NCBI GenBank assembly: GCA_037447605.1 | Contig: CM074808.1 | Span: 2,542,001 to 2,606,000 of the forward strand | Source of the DNA: Zygnema circumcarinatum SAG 698-1b | Taxonomy: Eukaryota > Plantae > Zygnematophyceae | Direction of reading: 5' to 3' | DNA: 64,000 bases | Part shown: one piece after another, positions 11,311 through 23,958 of the stretch | How the letters are laid out: the number at the start of each line of letters is the position of its first letter | How positions within the stretch are numbered: position 1 is the stretch's first letter | Made by a program: the position numbers and the translations under genes | The notes under the pieces: model-generated | What the model was told of the DNA's origin: nothing | Seen by the model: the letters and a program-made list of their open reading frames with translations, nothing else | Databases searched by the model: none

Positions 11311-14300
11311 ATTGAGTGTTAGTGTATGATAGTTAGACATTGTATAGCACGCCTTAACTTGTTGTGGTATGATTTGTAGGAACATGAGATCTGTGGCGTG
11401 AGTACTCTTGGGTTAGGAATATGCGGTGCTACGACTTCCGGGTGAGTACTTGTGCGAAGTCGCCTTGAAATCTGAGCAGCGAAGCGCCGATTAGACCTTG
11501 TGGCAGCAGCATGTCTTGTGAGGAGAGCAGACCTTGTAACTTTGGTGGAATTCAGCCTTGTGTGCGCCAATTCGCAATCTGAACGTAGCGCAACTTTGAT
11601 TAGTCGCCCAGCCTTGAAGCGCGAAAGCAGCGAGAAGCGCAAGATTGCTGGCGGAAAGCGACATAAATATTTGGCGAAGCAGGAATGCGCGCGGCGTGAA
11701 CCCACTTCGCAATGCCAGTCGCGAAGTTCAAGTATACGGCAGTAGCCGTGAGCGAAAAGCTTTGAAGAAGCGTAACAGCCTTTATGCAGACGAGTATGCA
11801 GCAAACAAGAAACTTAAATTACAGCCGTAAATTTCTGGCAACTAGCAGTCAGCCTTCACGAAATCGCCCACCGAACTTCAGTATAAATTTTTGCAATGGC
11901 GGGGCCGAAGCGTGACATGTGTCACGTCACGGACACCGTATTATATAGTCATAGTTTTATTATGGGAAGTAACCGCCCTTTACTTTGTCATAGTCTCGGG
12001 TCTTATTACATTGCACGCTGCGTCTTTAGCTGGCTGCTACACTTGTGTAGGTGAGGTGAGTGAGTGAGAGAGGGACCTTGAAGTAGTGGGAGAACCATTG
12101 TGGGAAGGCAGTTTTATTATAAGAGTTTTAAGTGAGCTTTCTCTAGCTTACTCTCTCATTGTGATTTCATTTGTGCTTGTCTTGTAGCTTCATTACATTT
12201 GTTATAGGCTGATGAGTGAAGTAAGATAGAGCTTTGAGTGTTTGAATGTAACCCGTCAGGTAGAACCAAGTTCCAATAGGCGACACCAGGTGCGCGGTGG
12301 GAGCAAACCCACTGCTTCAACAAGTGGTATCGAGCCCAATTGGCGAGACCGCGTGAAGTTCAACGTCAGTTGATGGATTTAGGACTACAAGGGGAACCAG
12401 GAATGGCGGTTTGGTTCCCTTTGCTCGTGGGGCGGTACGGTAGGAATGCGTTGGCGGCACCATCAAGGCGCAGTGCGGCGGAGGGAACCTGGCGGGCGGT
12501 GGAGATTCGGCGGCGCTGCGAATGAAGACCAGAGACAACAAGGCCTCACCCGAGGTCGTCATGGCGTGAGAAGTCCCTCTTCCATGTTTGTACCGACCTT
12601 GAGCTACACATGCTTGTAGAGATACTTAGAGATGTGATGTAAGGATAGCATGCTAGTCAACCTTTACAGGGCTAAGGAAAATGAAGATGTCACCGGAGTG
12701 GAATATATGGTCGTTTGATACTCTAATGGAGAGAGATTTATAGCCCATTTGCAGCGGGTTAGAGGAGACCATAAAATCAGCCCGATTTCTGAGGACTGCA
12801 GCGATTTGATGTAGCAGTTGCGGCTCTTGAATTTGTTTCTAAGCAGCTACCGTGATGACCTTGAGCAAAGTGGCAGGAGGATCAGGAGGAGAACCTTGTC
12901 CCAAGACGTTGGAGGCACTTAGGAGAAGGTGTTGGCTGCTGCTGGCGACAAAGTTCAAGAGGAGGTCTTGTAGAGGCGGGCCGTGGGAGCGCCTGCTTGA
13001 GGGCGTGTTGTCGCGGCAAGGCGGAGGCACCTGGCCGGCTGACCTGAAGCAAGGAACACCCAAGATGGGGGGGGAGGAGCATGTCGTCATCGCGTCGAAG
13101 GGATTCAAGGGAATGCACTTTTAAATGCAAGCGAGGCGCAGAGCACAGTTGCGAGTGGCGGTGGGGCGAATCTCATGCTGGCTGAGCGTTCTGATTTTTG
13201 TTGGGAAGAAGATCCGGGTTAGCGGTCTGGCGGCCATAGGCGATCGACTACAGCGCTTCCGCGCATGTGGCGTGGCCGGAAATGTTCTCCTGGCTGGACA
13301 CCTTGGGAAGGGATAAGTCCTGTTCACTTTCGGCTGACGAGGAGAGGGTAGCCCGGTTACAAAAGGAGGTGTAGTAAAGATGATCCTCGGAGACGGCTCT
13401 ATCATCTACGAAGAAGAAAGAGAAGAGCGGTTGTGCATCGGTGACGTACTTCATACTCCTGACCTGAAACAGAACTTCATGTCTGTTAGTCAAGTATGTA
13501 AGAGGGGGTACGAAGTCACCTTTAAGGAGAAGTCTTGTGTAGCTACTCACCTAGAGTCGGGGAAGCGGCTGTTTGAGGGGTATGAGAAGGGAGGCCTGTA
13601 TTACCTTCATTATAGGAGAGAAGAAGATGAGGGTGTGATGGCTGTAACTGAGGGTGCAGTAAATCTTTGGCATCGTAGACTTGGTCATCTAAACCATAGG
13701 GGGACTGCAACAGCTTGCTACAAAGGGGCTGGTCCGCGGGTTAGACGTTGACGTAGTTGAGAAGGAGCTAGGCTTTCTTGAGAGTGTGTAGGGGAAGCGC
13801 CTGAGGAGACCTTTCGAGGTGGAGAGAGTCATTTCACAGCGCAAGAGAAGCTAGGGTGGTTCATACCGATTTGTGTGTGGACGTGACACCGACAGCAGCC
13901 CAGGAGGGCTTCGCTACTGTCACCTTCCTGGCGATTTTTCGAGGGAAAATTTGAGTGAAATTAAGTACAAATCGAAGCTTCCCAGGCGTTCCCGAGATTG
14001 GCAGAACTCAGATGGGCGGCGGTCGGCCGAAGGCTGGCAGCTGGGACAGGAGGAATTCAGAGTGAGAAGGAGTTGGCGGGTACTTGAAGGCTCATGAATA
14101 AGGCAGGCTACGCTCCTTACTCCCCTCAAAGTAATGGGCTGTGAGAGGGTAATAGGGTGGCCAGGGGCATAGCACACGGACCATGTTGATAAATTCCCCG
14201 CCAGGCATCCCTTTTGAGAGAAGCATTGATGACATAGCACCTTAGAAATAGATACTTATCTACGTGCCAAGATGAGTTCGAAGAGATTGTGGAGTGGGAG

Positions 14301-17300
14301 AAACCCGGTGTCCCACCCCAGACCTTTGGAAGCCTTGGCGCTGGTGGCAGTGCGAGAAGAAGCGGCGAAGAAAGTTCGACCCCGAGCCGTGGAAGGGTAC
14401 CTTCACCATTTCTGGCATGGGTGATCGCACCTACGGGTGTGGAACCTCAGCGGCGAAACAGTCGCGAGCTGAGAGCGTTACGGTGTAGACGGCGGTGGCT
14501 TCGGCTAGGTGAGACCCGCACCCAAAGCAGGTTTAGAGGTATTATGCGAGGATGTGGGGAACCCGGCGAAGGCATGGGCGCCCGCTCAGTCCCGGCTTTC
14601 CGGAGGAGATCGGCACGCGAGGCGAGGAGGCTGGCCGAGCTTCGCGCCCGGCGATGGAAGCGGCCGTGGGAGGATTGAGCAGAGGCGCATGGCGGAGGCG
14701 CAACCGGCGGAGAGCGGCACCACTACACACTCACTGTCGCGGCGAACTCGGCCGAAGCGTACCTTGCATGAAGATGCGAGGATTTGGAGGCGAGAGAGAG
14801 AGCTATGTGAGCATACTCCGAAGGTTTGTCGAGTTTTCTTCAACGAGCGGGCGCAGGACCTCGGAGCACCCGACAGGCGAGGCCTTGAACTAACTTTGAA
14901 ATACGAGGAAAGAGTGCCTCGGTTCAGCGGACCTGTGCCTTGTTTATGATCACCGAACACTTAAACCTTTGAGGAAGCGCTTACGGCGGGGTCAGTAAAG
15001 TGGCGGCGGCAATGCGGCTTGTGAAGTGGGGCAGTTCTTTGAGAATGGCACATGGCGACGAGGAGGCTGAGAGAGGAAGGAAGGCCATTGGATGCAGTGG
15101 GTGTTGAGTGGCAAGCGAAAGAGGGCCGAAGTCGGCCAGATTCTGGCGGCTGGTGGCGAAGGACTGACGGTGCGGAATCGACTACGAGGAGACCTTCGCC
15201 CGTGGTGGTTCAACTCCCTCCAGTGCCCCTATCGATTGCGGCGGTAGGGGATCTGCGTACGCGCTCGGCTTCGATATCAGGCCCGGCGTTTGCATGCGGA
15301 GATCTTCGAGATCTACATGAGTGCAGCGAGAAGGAGAAGTTGTCGGCGGGAGCATCGTTTGTCGTCTTGTGAAGAGTGCATGCTTATTGAGGCCCAGAAA
15401 GCAGCCCGGGGATTTAATGCGAAGAGAATTGATGACCTCACAGATGCGGATTTCTTGTGATTCGAGGCGGATCATTAAGGTGTGCAGAAGCGAAGAAGAT
15501 CTCATGTGCGTTGGGATCTCATTGGGCGACCTCATAATGGTGAGCCTCTCATTGGAAAGATGATAACGTTGCGGCATTTTGGAAGTAACTAAAATGTCGG
15601 ATCTAGGGGCCTTGATATCTTTCAGAAAGAATGCGGTTGAAGAGAGGCGGGGCGGTAGCTTATTTCTTTGCCTTCGAGAAGAATACGCCTTGAATATACT
15701 TGCGAGTTGAAAATGGAGGAGTGTAGTCTTGTTGGTCAGATGGAAGACAGAATCACGATTGTCGAGATATGATCGCGGCGGCAGTCGCGGAGATACGAAG
15801 GAAATATGCGAGATGCCCGTCACAGTCAGCGTGGGGAAGTTTAATGGCAATATCTAATGATAGGTACTTCGTCGACTTAGCCGTAGGCTTCGGCAAGTCG
15901 GTTCATGGAAAGAATCCGGTCACGAACATTGGGAGAGCGTGAAGCGGATTTTGAATTCGTGAAAAGGACTGCTGGTCGATTCAGTTGAAAGGGGCCAACA
16001 GTGATGGTACACGACTCGGTGGGGAGAGTGATGTGAGCCAGCGTCCACGATCGGCGGTCGGAGATTTGTGTTCACAGCGAGCGGAGGAAGCTGGCGATCT
16101 CATGGGCTTCAGTTACAATTACGATGGCCTTTGTCGGAAAAACGCGAAGGAAATTACATGGGGCGTGCCATGCGCAGCGAGAGGATATTAGTTCCAACAT
16201 TTCTTTTGATGAATGTAGCAACGCGAAACACCATTATTTCTTTTACGGACAACCCGGTCATCATAGCCCTCATGGAGGAGCCACATTGTTTCATAAGAGG
16301 CAAAGAAACACGTTAAGGGTGCGATATCATTGTAAAGTTGAGCGAAAGGAAGGATGATAGTGGTGAAGTTTGTAGGAATAAAAGAAGCATTTTAGCAGAA
16401 CATGTTGACCAAGGGGTAGTGGGGAGACAATACTAGTGAGCGGCAATTGGTGGGCTAGGGCCCATGAGGAGCTGAGTCAGGGGGATTGTTGGTGTTAGTG
16501 TATGATAGTTAGGCATTGTATAGCCTGCTTACTTAACTTGTTGTGGTACTTTTCGGTTGCTTAGGAGCAGCAGAATCTGCTAGAGGCGTGGTCTCTTAGA
16601 TTTAGGAGATAGCCAGTTACTCGGCCTTCAGGTGAGTGCTTGCCCTTGAGAGTGCCTTGGTCTGAGCGGCGGCCAGCAAATTGAACCTTGGCGAAACACA
16701 TGTGTGAGGAGAAGCGAGACAGCATAACTTTATTGGTCAGCGCTGGCCATGATTAGCGAAATGCAGACAGCAGCGCAGCACTGATTAATGCAGCAGCGAA
16801 GCGCGAAACGGGCATAAAGTGCAGCCTTGAAGCGACACCAAATATTTGGCGGCGAGCGAAATGCGCCCACGTGGACCGCTGCAATGTGGAGTCGCGAGTT
16901 TAATCATCTGGCTTGCGAAGTGTCGGCGAGCTGGCCCAGGAAGAGGCTGGCCAGCTTATTGTATGCCGGGCAATTATGCTGGCGGAAACAAGAACAAATT
17001 GGTGAGTAGGTTCTGAGCTGACTAGCCGATTATTGTCTGAAGTGCGCCCTTTCGGACTCGGTGCATGGGTTTCGCGATGGCGGGACGCGGCGTGACATGT
17101 GTGTCGATCACGGACACCATATTATAGTCGTAGTTTTTATTATGGGAGTAACCATACGCTACTTTGTCATGAGTCTCGGGTCTTGGTACCTTTCGTCTTT
17201 GAACACATATATTGGTAGTAGTGAGAGGACGCGAAGTAGTGGGAGAACTTCATTAATGGGAAAACGATTTTATTATAAGGAGTTTTAGAAGCGTGAGCTT

Positions 17301-17491
17301 TTCTCCCCAACACTCTCTCATTATGATTTCATTGTGCTTGTCTTGTAGCTTCATTACATTATTATGGGCGATAGGTAGTAAGATGAAACTTTGAGAATGT
17401 TTAGATGTCTTCATCCGTGGGAACTCAAGTTCCAATGGAGGGCGACACCCGAGGTGGCGCCGGAAGTGGGGAGCAAACCCCTGCTTCAACA
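11311..17491 (+). mobile_element. Ty1/copia LTR retrotransposon nested in gypsy X
   Basis: LTRs ~11311-12322 and 16487-17491 (TGTTG...CAACA in the 3' copy); PBS TGGTATCGAGCC at 12325-12336; purine-rich tract 16468-16486; imperfect 5-bp TSD GCTGGC/GCTGC. The flanks join to match uninterrupted Y at ~22200-22230. Confidence 0.92.
12500..16360 (+). pseudogene. copia gag-pol remnants
   Basis: 13380-13751 VLHTPDLKQNFMSVSQ...NLWHRRLGHLN (pre-integrase motif); RNase H-like IALMEEPH...RVRYH at 16250-16330; copia domain order; many frameshifts. Confidence 0.85.
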
Positions 17492-18017
17492 GCTGCTGTG
17501 CTTGAAGGGACTCCTGGTGCAGTAGTTATCCGACTGAGCTCCCGTGGCATCTGTCTCTGGTGGGCCGCGGAGGGGACCTCAGGTTCGAACGGCACTCCTC
17601 TCCTCCACGGCATGCGGCGTGGCGGCTTGGCTGGCTGCAAGCTTGATAAATCCGGCGTGCATATTGCAGCCCGAAGTTTATAGCCCATCCTTTGCTGGAA
17701 ATGGGTAGCTGCAACTCTTGTCGACTCGATACACTCCAAGGTAAGCGAGGCCCAGGATAAGGGTTCTCTTCGGTGATGCCCATCTTCAGTCTTTCTCTGA
17801 CTGCTTCTTCCTCTGAGTCTGAATCCGTCCTTGGATTTCGGATCGCCTGTTCTTCTTGAGGTCCCAATTCTCCATCTGAAAACTCATGAAGATCTGCCTG
17901 TCCTTCTTGTTGCAGCTCTTCATCCATGGCGGTACGTGACACGAGGTCACGCAAGGATCGGCAACCTCCGCGTATCAAAGATGCGTGGATCACGCCGCAA
18001 AACATACGCTCACGATG

Positions 18018-19015
18018 CAAGATAGGGTAGGGTTGAAGGAAGCTGAGCTAGTTCACCGGTCTTTGTCACGACCCTTTCAGCGGCGTCCAGATGCTGAAAT
18101 TGATGAAGGGTTGGGTTGGTTACGTGGAGTGCACTGCGGCCTTAGAGCCGGGATCCAGGAGGTCCGGAGATGCCTTGTGAAGGCGTAAGGGATCACGAAG
18201 ATGTTCCCCACCGGCGGTGAACCCGATCGCGCCAAGAGCCTTCTTGGGGGCTCTCCTCCTATCCTCTCTTGACTGGTCTCTTAGCTAGGCTTCTAGTTAT
18301 CATTGGTCATTGGGAGGAATGTAAGGCGAGGGATAGAACAAGATGGTAGCTTGGCATAGTGGCTTGACAAGGGGAAAGCGATTACTCAACCTAGATAAGG
18401 TTGTATTTTTGGAAATCACCGGCCAGCGGTTGGCGGGGATTAATCATTACAATGAAAGTATCTTCTCACTGAAAATCTTTATGCGGCTGGGCTGAATGGG
18501 GCCGTCACGAATGCTATAAACCAAGAAGACTCTTTCTCTCTCTCTCTCTCTCTATCTATGGCATGGAACTCTCTCTCTCTCTCACACTTAGCATCTGACT
18601 GGTATTGAAGAGGAAGAAGAAGAACAAGACAACAAACCACCGCGGCAAATACAAATACTAAGCCCGGCACTAAAAGACAAAAAGCATCACCGACATCCCA
18701 TCTACTTAACACGACAATAGATCTTGAGCCTTAGCGGTGGCGGCCTCGATTGTATTTGCTTGAAGGCCTGGCTGACTACGATGGAGCGCCGGGATAGGTC
18801 CAGCGAATGATGTCGGCGGCCTTAGGCGGTGTTCCCGGGGAATGCGCCTTGTGGATGGTGTCTTCAGTGGGCGCCAACACATGAAGCGCCGCCTTTACCG
18901 CATTCTCCGTCGGCTTCTGGATTCGGTACGATCCGTGACCGCGAAGAAGGCATATGTCAGTACAATTGAGCTGGCCTTGGTCAGATGAGAGCGCCCAGCT
19001 CTCGTTCACGCTACA
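18018..19015 (-). repeat. 5' LTR of gypsy X
   Basis: Same repeat as 5045-6050; followed on the minus strand by a degraded PBS-like TGCATCGTGAGC and an ORF starting MDEELQQEGQADLHEFSDG (ATG 17927). Confidence 0.88.
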
Positions 19016-19172
19016 CGTAGCGGCTTCAGATGCCGAATAGTACGAAAAGTACGGATGAAATAGGATAGTGCGGCCCCAACACAAGTTACCATTACCAGGT
19101 GGTTTCAGCAAAATCGGGCGAAATATTGAGGCCTTTTCGAGGAATTGGTAAGTCGAGGATGACCCCCCTTTG
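19016..19172 (-). mobile_element. MITE M1, right piece
   Basis: Noisy match to 28273-28432, including a degraded terminus TGGTAAGTCGAGGATGACCCCC..TG|TA. Confidence 0.65.
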
Positions 19173-19300
19173 TAGACAAAATTGTTTGTACTTATTTGTG
19201 GAACTTTGGATGTACAAAGCGAGAAAATAAACGGGTTTGCAGAAACCGTTTTTTTTTGCGGCGGTCGCCTGGCGTTGACTGTACGAAATTATTGTCCTTT

Positions 19301-19499
19301 CAGTAGGGATGGCCCGCGTTATAAATTCCGAATACATTATTTACTTTTCAACGGGTTTAAAAGTAGTAATATATTATAAAGTAAAAGACTTTATTATATA
19401 TATTATACCCATTCGTTTTGAACAATTAACGACCGTACGACCTAACTCGTACGGTCGTACGGTCGTACCATACCAAAATTAGGTCGTTTTGGCGTTGGC
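19301..19499 (-). mobile_element. MITE copy M0, degraded left piece (host of M2)
   Basis: CAGTAGGG start, CTCGTACGG repeats as at 4910, and ATTAGGTCGTTTTGGCGT resembling 5020-5040. Very noisy. Confidence 0.45.
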
Positions 19500-20129
19500 G
19501 TTGGGGGTCCTCGTATTTACCACCCCTAGGAGTGCGTCCTCAACATTTTCGCTCCGATTTTGCCGAAACCACCTTTTTGTACGGTAACTTGTGTTAGCCG
19601 TACTATTCGTACTGTTCGTACTAGCCGTACTATTCGTACTATCTACCAGCACTAGCGATTCACGAGGCTTCACGCCAAAACTCACCTAATCTCCCGGCTC
19701 GTGAGTGCGTGCGGCCGTAGCGCTTCGCTCTTCTCCCCTTCTTCACGGCTCGTCTGATCACGATCACACAGCCCGATATTATGGTATTGTCGCGTGCGGT
19801 ACATGCGAGCTGGACGAACAACAGCGAGGAAAACTACGTCACATCGTCCGCGATATGGCGATGCGATCACGATACAAAAAGAGGCGATGCGATGCGATGC
19901 GATATCATGCGATGCGATCACGTCTTGTCAACATGAACTCTAACATAATACCGCCCGTCTATTCGTAACACGAACCTTATATATGCAAATTTAATATTTT
20001 CGCCTCATTAGGGGGTGTCAGACTTAACAAAATGTTACGAATATCGAGTTTTTAGTATTACGAGAATTTTTTAAGTCTGACACCCCCTATTGTGCCCGGA
20101 ACCAGGGTGGAAAATATGAGGACCCCCTA
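19500..20129 (+). mobile_element. MITE copy M2 (last 3 nt CTG displaced to 28270-28272 by M3)
   Basis: GGGGGTCCTCGTATTTACCACCC left end; GGGTGGAAAATATGAGGACCCCCTA right end; GTACTA and GATGC repeats. Confidence 0.85.
20010..20088. mobile_element. 79-bp hairpin mini-element with 17-bp TIRs and 3-bp ATT TSD, inserted in M2
   Basis: AGGGGGTGTCAGACTTA...TAAGTCTGACACCCCCT flanked by ATT on both sides; the empty site CGCCTCATTTTGCCCGG is present in M3 at ~20645. Confidence 0.8.
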
Positions 20130-21676
20130 CAGTGGGGGGTCCTCGAATTTACCACCCCAAGGAGTGCGTCCTCAATATTTTCGCCCCAATTTTGCCGAAA
20201 CCACTTTTTTGTACGGTAACTTGTGTTGCCCGTCGCGTTAAATACTGATGCGTCGCGTGCGCCTTGTTAAATGCTTGTCCCGTCTGATTACGTCTTATCT
20301 GTACTAACCCGTTAGAACTACGCCAGCACCTAATCACCCTTCGTGCCGCCCGTAAGGCTAAGCTCTTTTCCCGTCTTCTTGATTTACGTCACGATGCGAT
20401 GCGATGCGATATCATGCGATGCGATCACGATCACGAAACTCCCGATGGTTGGATAGCCTTGTGACGGTATAATACGGCGGTATACGTAAAGTATGATATG
20501 TCATGTCACGATACGATGCAAAATGATACAACACAATACGGTACGATATGGTATGGTACGATACGTACGGTTAAACATAAACTCTAACAGAATACCGCCC
20601 GTCTATTCGTAACACGAACCTTATATATGCAAATTTAATATTTTCGCCTCATTTTGCCCGGAACCAGGGTGGAAAATATGAGGACCCCCTTGTAGCGTAA
20701 CGGAGCTGCGTTCGACAGATCTGCGTCAGTTCAATTGTACTTGACATATGCCTCTTCCGTGTCACGGATCCGGCCGGAATCGAGGGGAATTTTGCCGGCC
20801 GGAGGAATGCGAAGCTGGCCATGTTGGCTGACCCACGGAGCGACACACCATCCAGCAAAGCACTCGGGAACACACGCCTAAAGCCGCCCAGATTATCATT
20901 CGTTGACCTATCCGAAGGCTCCGCACGTAGTCGGTCAGGGCCTCTCGGTGGAGTTGGCCAATCAGTACATCCTTGCTAAGGCTCAAGATCAATGTCGTGT
21001 TAAGAGTAGATGGGATGTCGGTGATGCTTTTTGTCTTTTAGTGCTGGGCTTAGTATTTGTATTTGCTGTGTGGTTTGTTGTCTTGTTCTTCTCTTCTTCC
21101 TCTTCAATACCAGCAACAGATGCTAAGTGTGAGAGAGAGTTCCATGCCATAGATAGAGAGAGAAAAGGAGGAGTCTTCTTCAGCATTAGCATTTAGGCGT
21201 CCCATTACCATTGACTAGACAAAAGATTTCGGTGAGAAGATCCTTTCATTGTATTGTCGGGCCAACGGCTGGCTGGGGTGACTTTCAAAATACAACCTTT
21301 ATCTAGGTTGATCTTGTTTTCCCTTCTTTATCCACTATGCCAAGCTACCATCTTGTCCTATTACGCCTTGCTCATCGATGACCGATGATAACTAGAAGCC
21401 TAGCTAGAGAATAGCCGAGGAAGGGGCCCAGAGGGAAGAAGGCGAGGAAGGGCTCACTTTGCACGCACTCCAGTTAGTAGGTGGGAACATCTTAGGGGAT
21501 ACTAAATCTTCCGTGCTGGCATTTTTACTCACGAATCTCAGGATCCCGGCTCTATCTTTGCCGAGGCGGACCCACGGCCTGACCCAACCCTTCATTGGTT
21601 TGACCCCACTTGGGGCCGCGGCGAGTGGCCCGTCACGGCACATGCTTCGGCAGTCTTCTCTTAACCCCACTTATCT

Positions 21677-21688
21677 TGGTATCAGAGC
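21677..21688 (+). promoter_or_regulatory. primer-binding site complementary to the initiator tRNA-Met 3' end
   Basis: Exact TGGTATCAGAGC, the canonical plant LTR-element iMet PBS. Confidence 0.85.
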
Positions 21689-21758
21689 TGAAGGTTTTGC
21701 AGATCCACGTACCTTGATACGTGAGGCTGCCGATCCTGTGACCCGTGTCACAGCCGCC

Positions 21759-23948
21759 ATGGATGAAGAGCTGCAACAAGAAGGACAGGCAGATCTTCAT
21801 GAGTTTTCAGATGGAGACTTGGGACCTCAAGAAGAGCGAGGCGTCGAAATCCAAGGGCGGATTAGGACTTCGAGGAAAAGCGGTCAGGAGAAAAGGCGAA
21901 GATGGGCATCACGAAGAGAGAACCCCACTTGCTCCCGATGCGGCTTACCTTGAAACAGGTCGAGTGAATTGAAGAGGCTGCCCGGCTGGCGACTTCATCT
22001 AAATACATTGATGGCCATAAACTTCGGCAATATCTTGCGCCCGGATGATCAAGCTTACCTTTGCCAGTCGGCTGTCACGGCCGCGGTCGCAGGTGAAAGG
22101 AGGAGTGCCCGTTGAACACGAGGTCCCCACGCGCGGCCACGAGCCAGATACCGCAGGGCTTCGGTCGGATAACTACGGCACGGGGGAGTCCGCCGAAGCC
22201 ACAGCCAGCTGGCGCGGTCCTCTGGCGAGCAAGGGATTCCCGAAGACACACCCTCACCTCGGCGTTCACAGCACCCATCCGGCAGCCCCAAGCGAGCGGC
22301 TTCAAGGGCAAGGGCAGGACGATCGCAAGGACCCTCCAGCTTTCGCACCAACCTGCAGAGAAGCACACGAGTCAGATCTGAGTTTCCCAGCAAGATGGAA
22401 GAGATGATGACCAAATTGATACTTGATGATTCACGAAAAGAGTGAGGGTGGGGATACGCGGGCATCATCACAGAGGAGGCTTCACCGACAGCGGGGAGAT
22501 CGGGCTTTGGGTACGAGACATCTTGAGGAGAAGGCAAGCGCAAGCGGAACTTGAGAAGGAAGACGGTGGATCAAGAAAAGCTGGCCCAGCAGAGCCGGAA
22601 GGCGGTCAAGCGGGCTGTCCCGGCGGCACAAAGCGGATGTCGTGGAAACGGCGACGAGACGCATTCAAGCAAGCTTTGGACAACTGGATTTGAATCAATC
22701 AGCGTCTTTAGGCAGGCTTACCGCTACATAGAGTGCTACTGATGTGGCGGCTGTTGGCGAATTCGCGGCGTTTCGTCGCGCCCAGCAGCAAAATCACGAT
22801 GAGAACTTGCTGCGACTTTCGAGGATTCTCGGTAGGTTCCGCAAAGACCGCCAGCGAAGGATCTCCACGGATGTCGTGAGGCTGGCGACCTTGCGGCGAA
22901 TGCGGGCCTTGTTAGAAAGGCGAGGCGGATTGAGGATCCAGAGAGAGGCAACCGACATGTGCGACCCGCGTGCGCTGGCGCTTCTGAGATCCACGGCAGA
23001 TGCGACTCTACCAGCGGTTCGAGCCGAGAATGGGTGATTTGCATGCGATCCTACGCTACATCTTAGGAACAAGCCATCTTTCTCCGGCATCCACCTTTCG
23101 GGCGTCGGGCAGCCCATGGTGCAGCCTGCGGCTATAGCCAGCCGACCAAACCCCTTCCCCTTTCCTGTACCCTCATGATCGAGCATCCCCATTGAGCGGC
23201 CGGTGAATCCTCACATACCGGATGTTTCTGCGTCGAGGATGCTCCGGGCTCCTTATTCCCGATCGCACACCCGAAGAGGCGCGAGGAAACCCGATGCGGC
23301 GAAATCCGGATAACGAGCTGAGGGATTCCGAAGGGAGCGTCACGGCCTGCGGCTTTGAATCATAATCCGCCCAGCTGCGTTTGCGGACCATGGTTGCACG
23401 CTACGCGGTCAGGGACATGATGCCACGTGTGTGCATCTTGGGAGACTCTCAAGTAGAAGGCGAAAGGGAAAGAGGCGGTGCGGGGAGCTCACTGCGGGGG
23501 AATCACCTTCATGGACATGCTCCCGGCTACTCCCACACCACCGAGAACTCCGGCTCCCTTTCGCCCGCCTCCACCTCCTTCACCCGCTTACACCATCCTG
23601 CAACGACCGCCTATCCACCTGCACCCCATGGACTCCCCTTCCCTGACAAACGCATTGGGTGTTGAGCCCGATCCTGCTGCCCGCTCACGCACTGCCCAGA
23701 TTGCCGCAGCATTGCAACCGGCTTGGTCCGAATCCCCCATCACTTCTGAAGAGGGTGCTCAAGCCCGGATCGCCGAGATTGCAAATGCCTTGCGCAGGCT
23801 CCCTGTCAACCAAAGTGATCCTCATTCACATCCCCTGCCATTCCTCCCTGCCGATGTCAACGGCGCCAGCTCCTCTGGCACGGCTCCACCGGTCGCCACC
23901 CCTGTCCGGAGAACTTCAGTCCTCCCTCCTTCCACGGGTCATCCATTG
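21759..23948 (+). pseudogene. gypsy Y ORF1/gag-like region (frameshifted)
   Basis: Starts MDEELQQEGQADLHEFSDG, conserved with X; lies between PBS and pol; Pro-rich distal part. Domain identity is inferred from position only. Confidence 0.55.
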
Positions 23949-23958
23949 NNNNNNNNNN
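23949..23958. other. assembly gap (10 N) in gypsy Y, at nearly the same place as the gap in X
   Basis: Run of N. Confidence 1.

Larger units (their letters stand above)
5045..19015 (-). mobile_element. Ty3/gypsy LTR retrotransposon X (degenerate as assembled; contains a nested copia)
   Basis: ~1-kb LTRs at 5045-6050 and 18018-19015 with TGTAGC...GCTACA outer ends; RT, RNase H and integrase fragments on the minus strand; colinear with element Y. The TSD is only partly seen (CCCG left, CG right, noisy sequence). Confidence 0.93.

Noticed and set aside
19600-19920. Short tandem motifs (GTACTA, GATGC, CGTAT) as a CRISPR or satellite array
   Set aside because: There is no repeat-spacer structure; they are internal MITE repeats.
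22741-22765. Second PBS after the candidate acceptor (loose similarity to TGGCGCCGTTGCCG)
   Set aside because: X and Y disagree here and the match is too degenerate to support.
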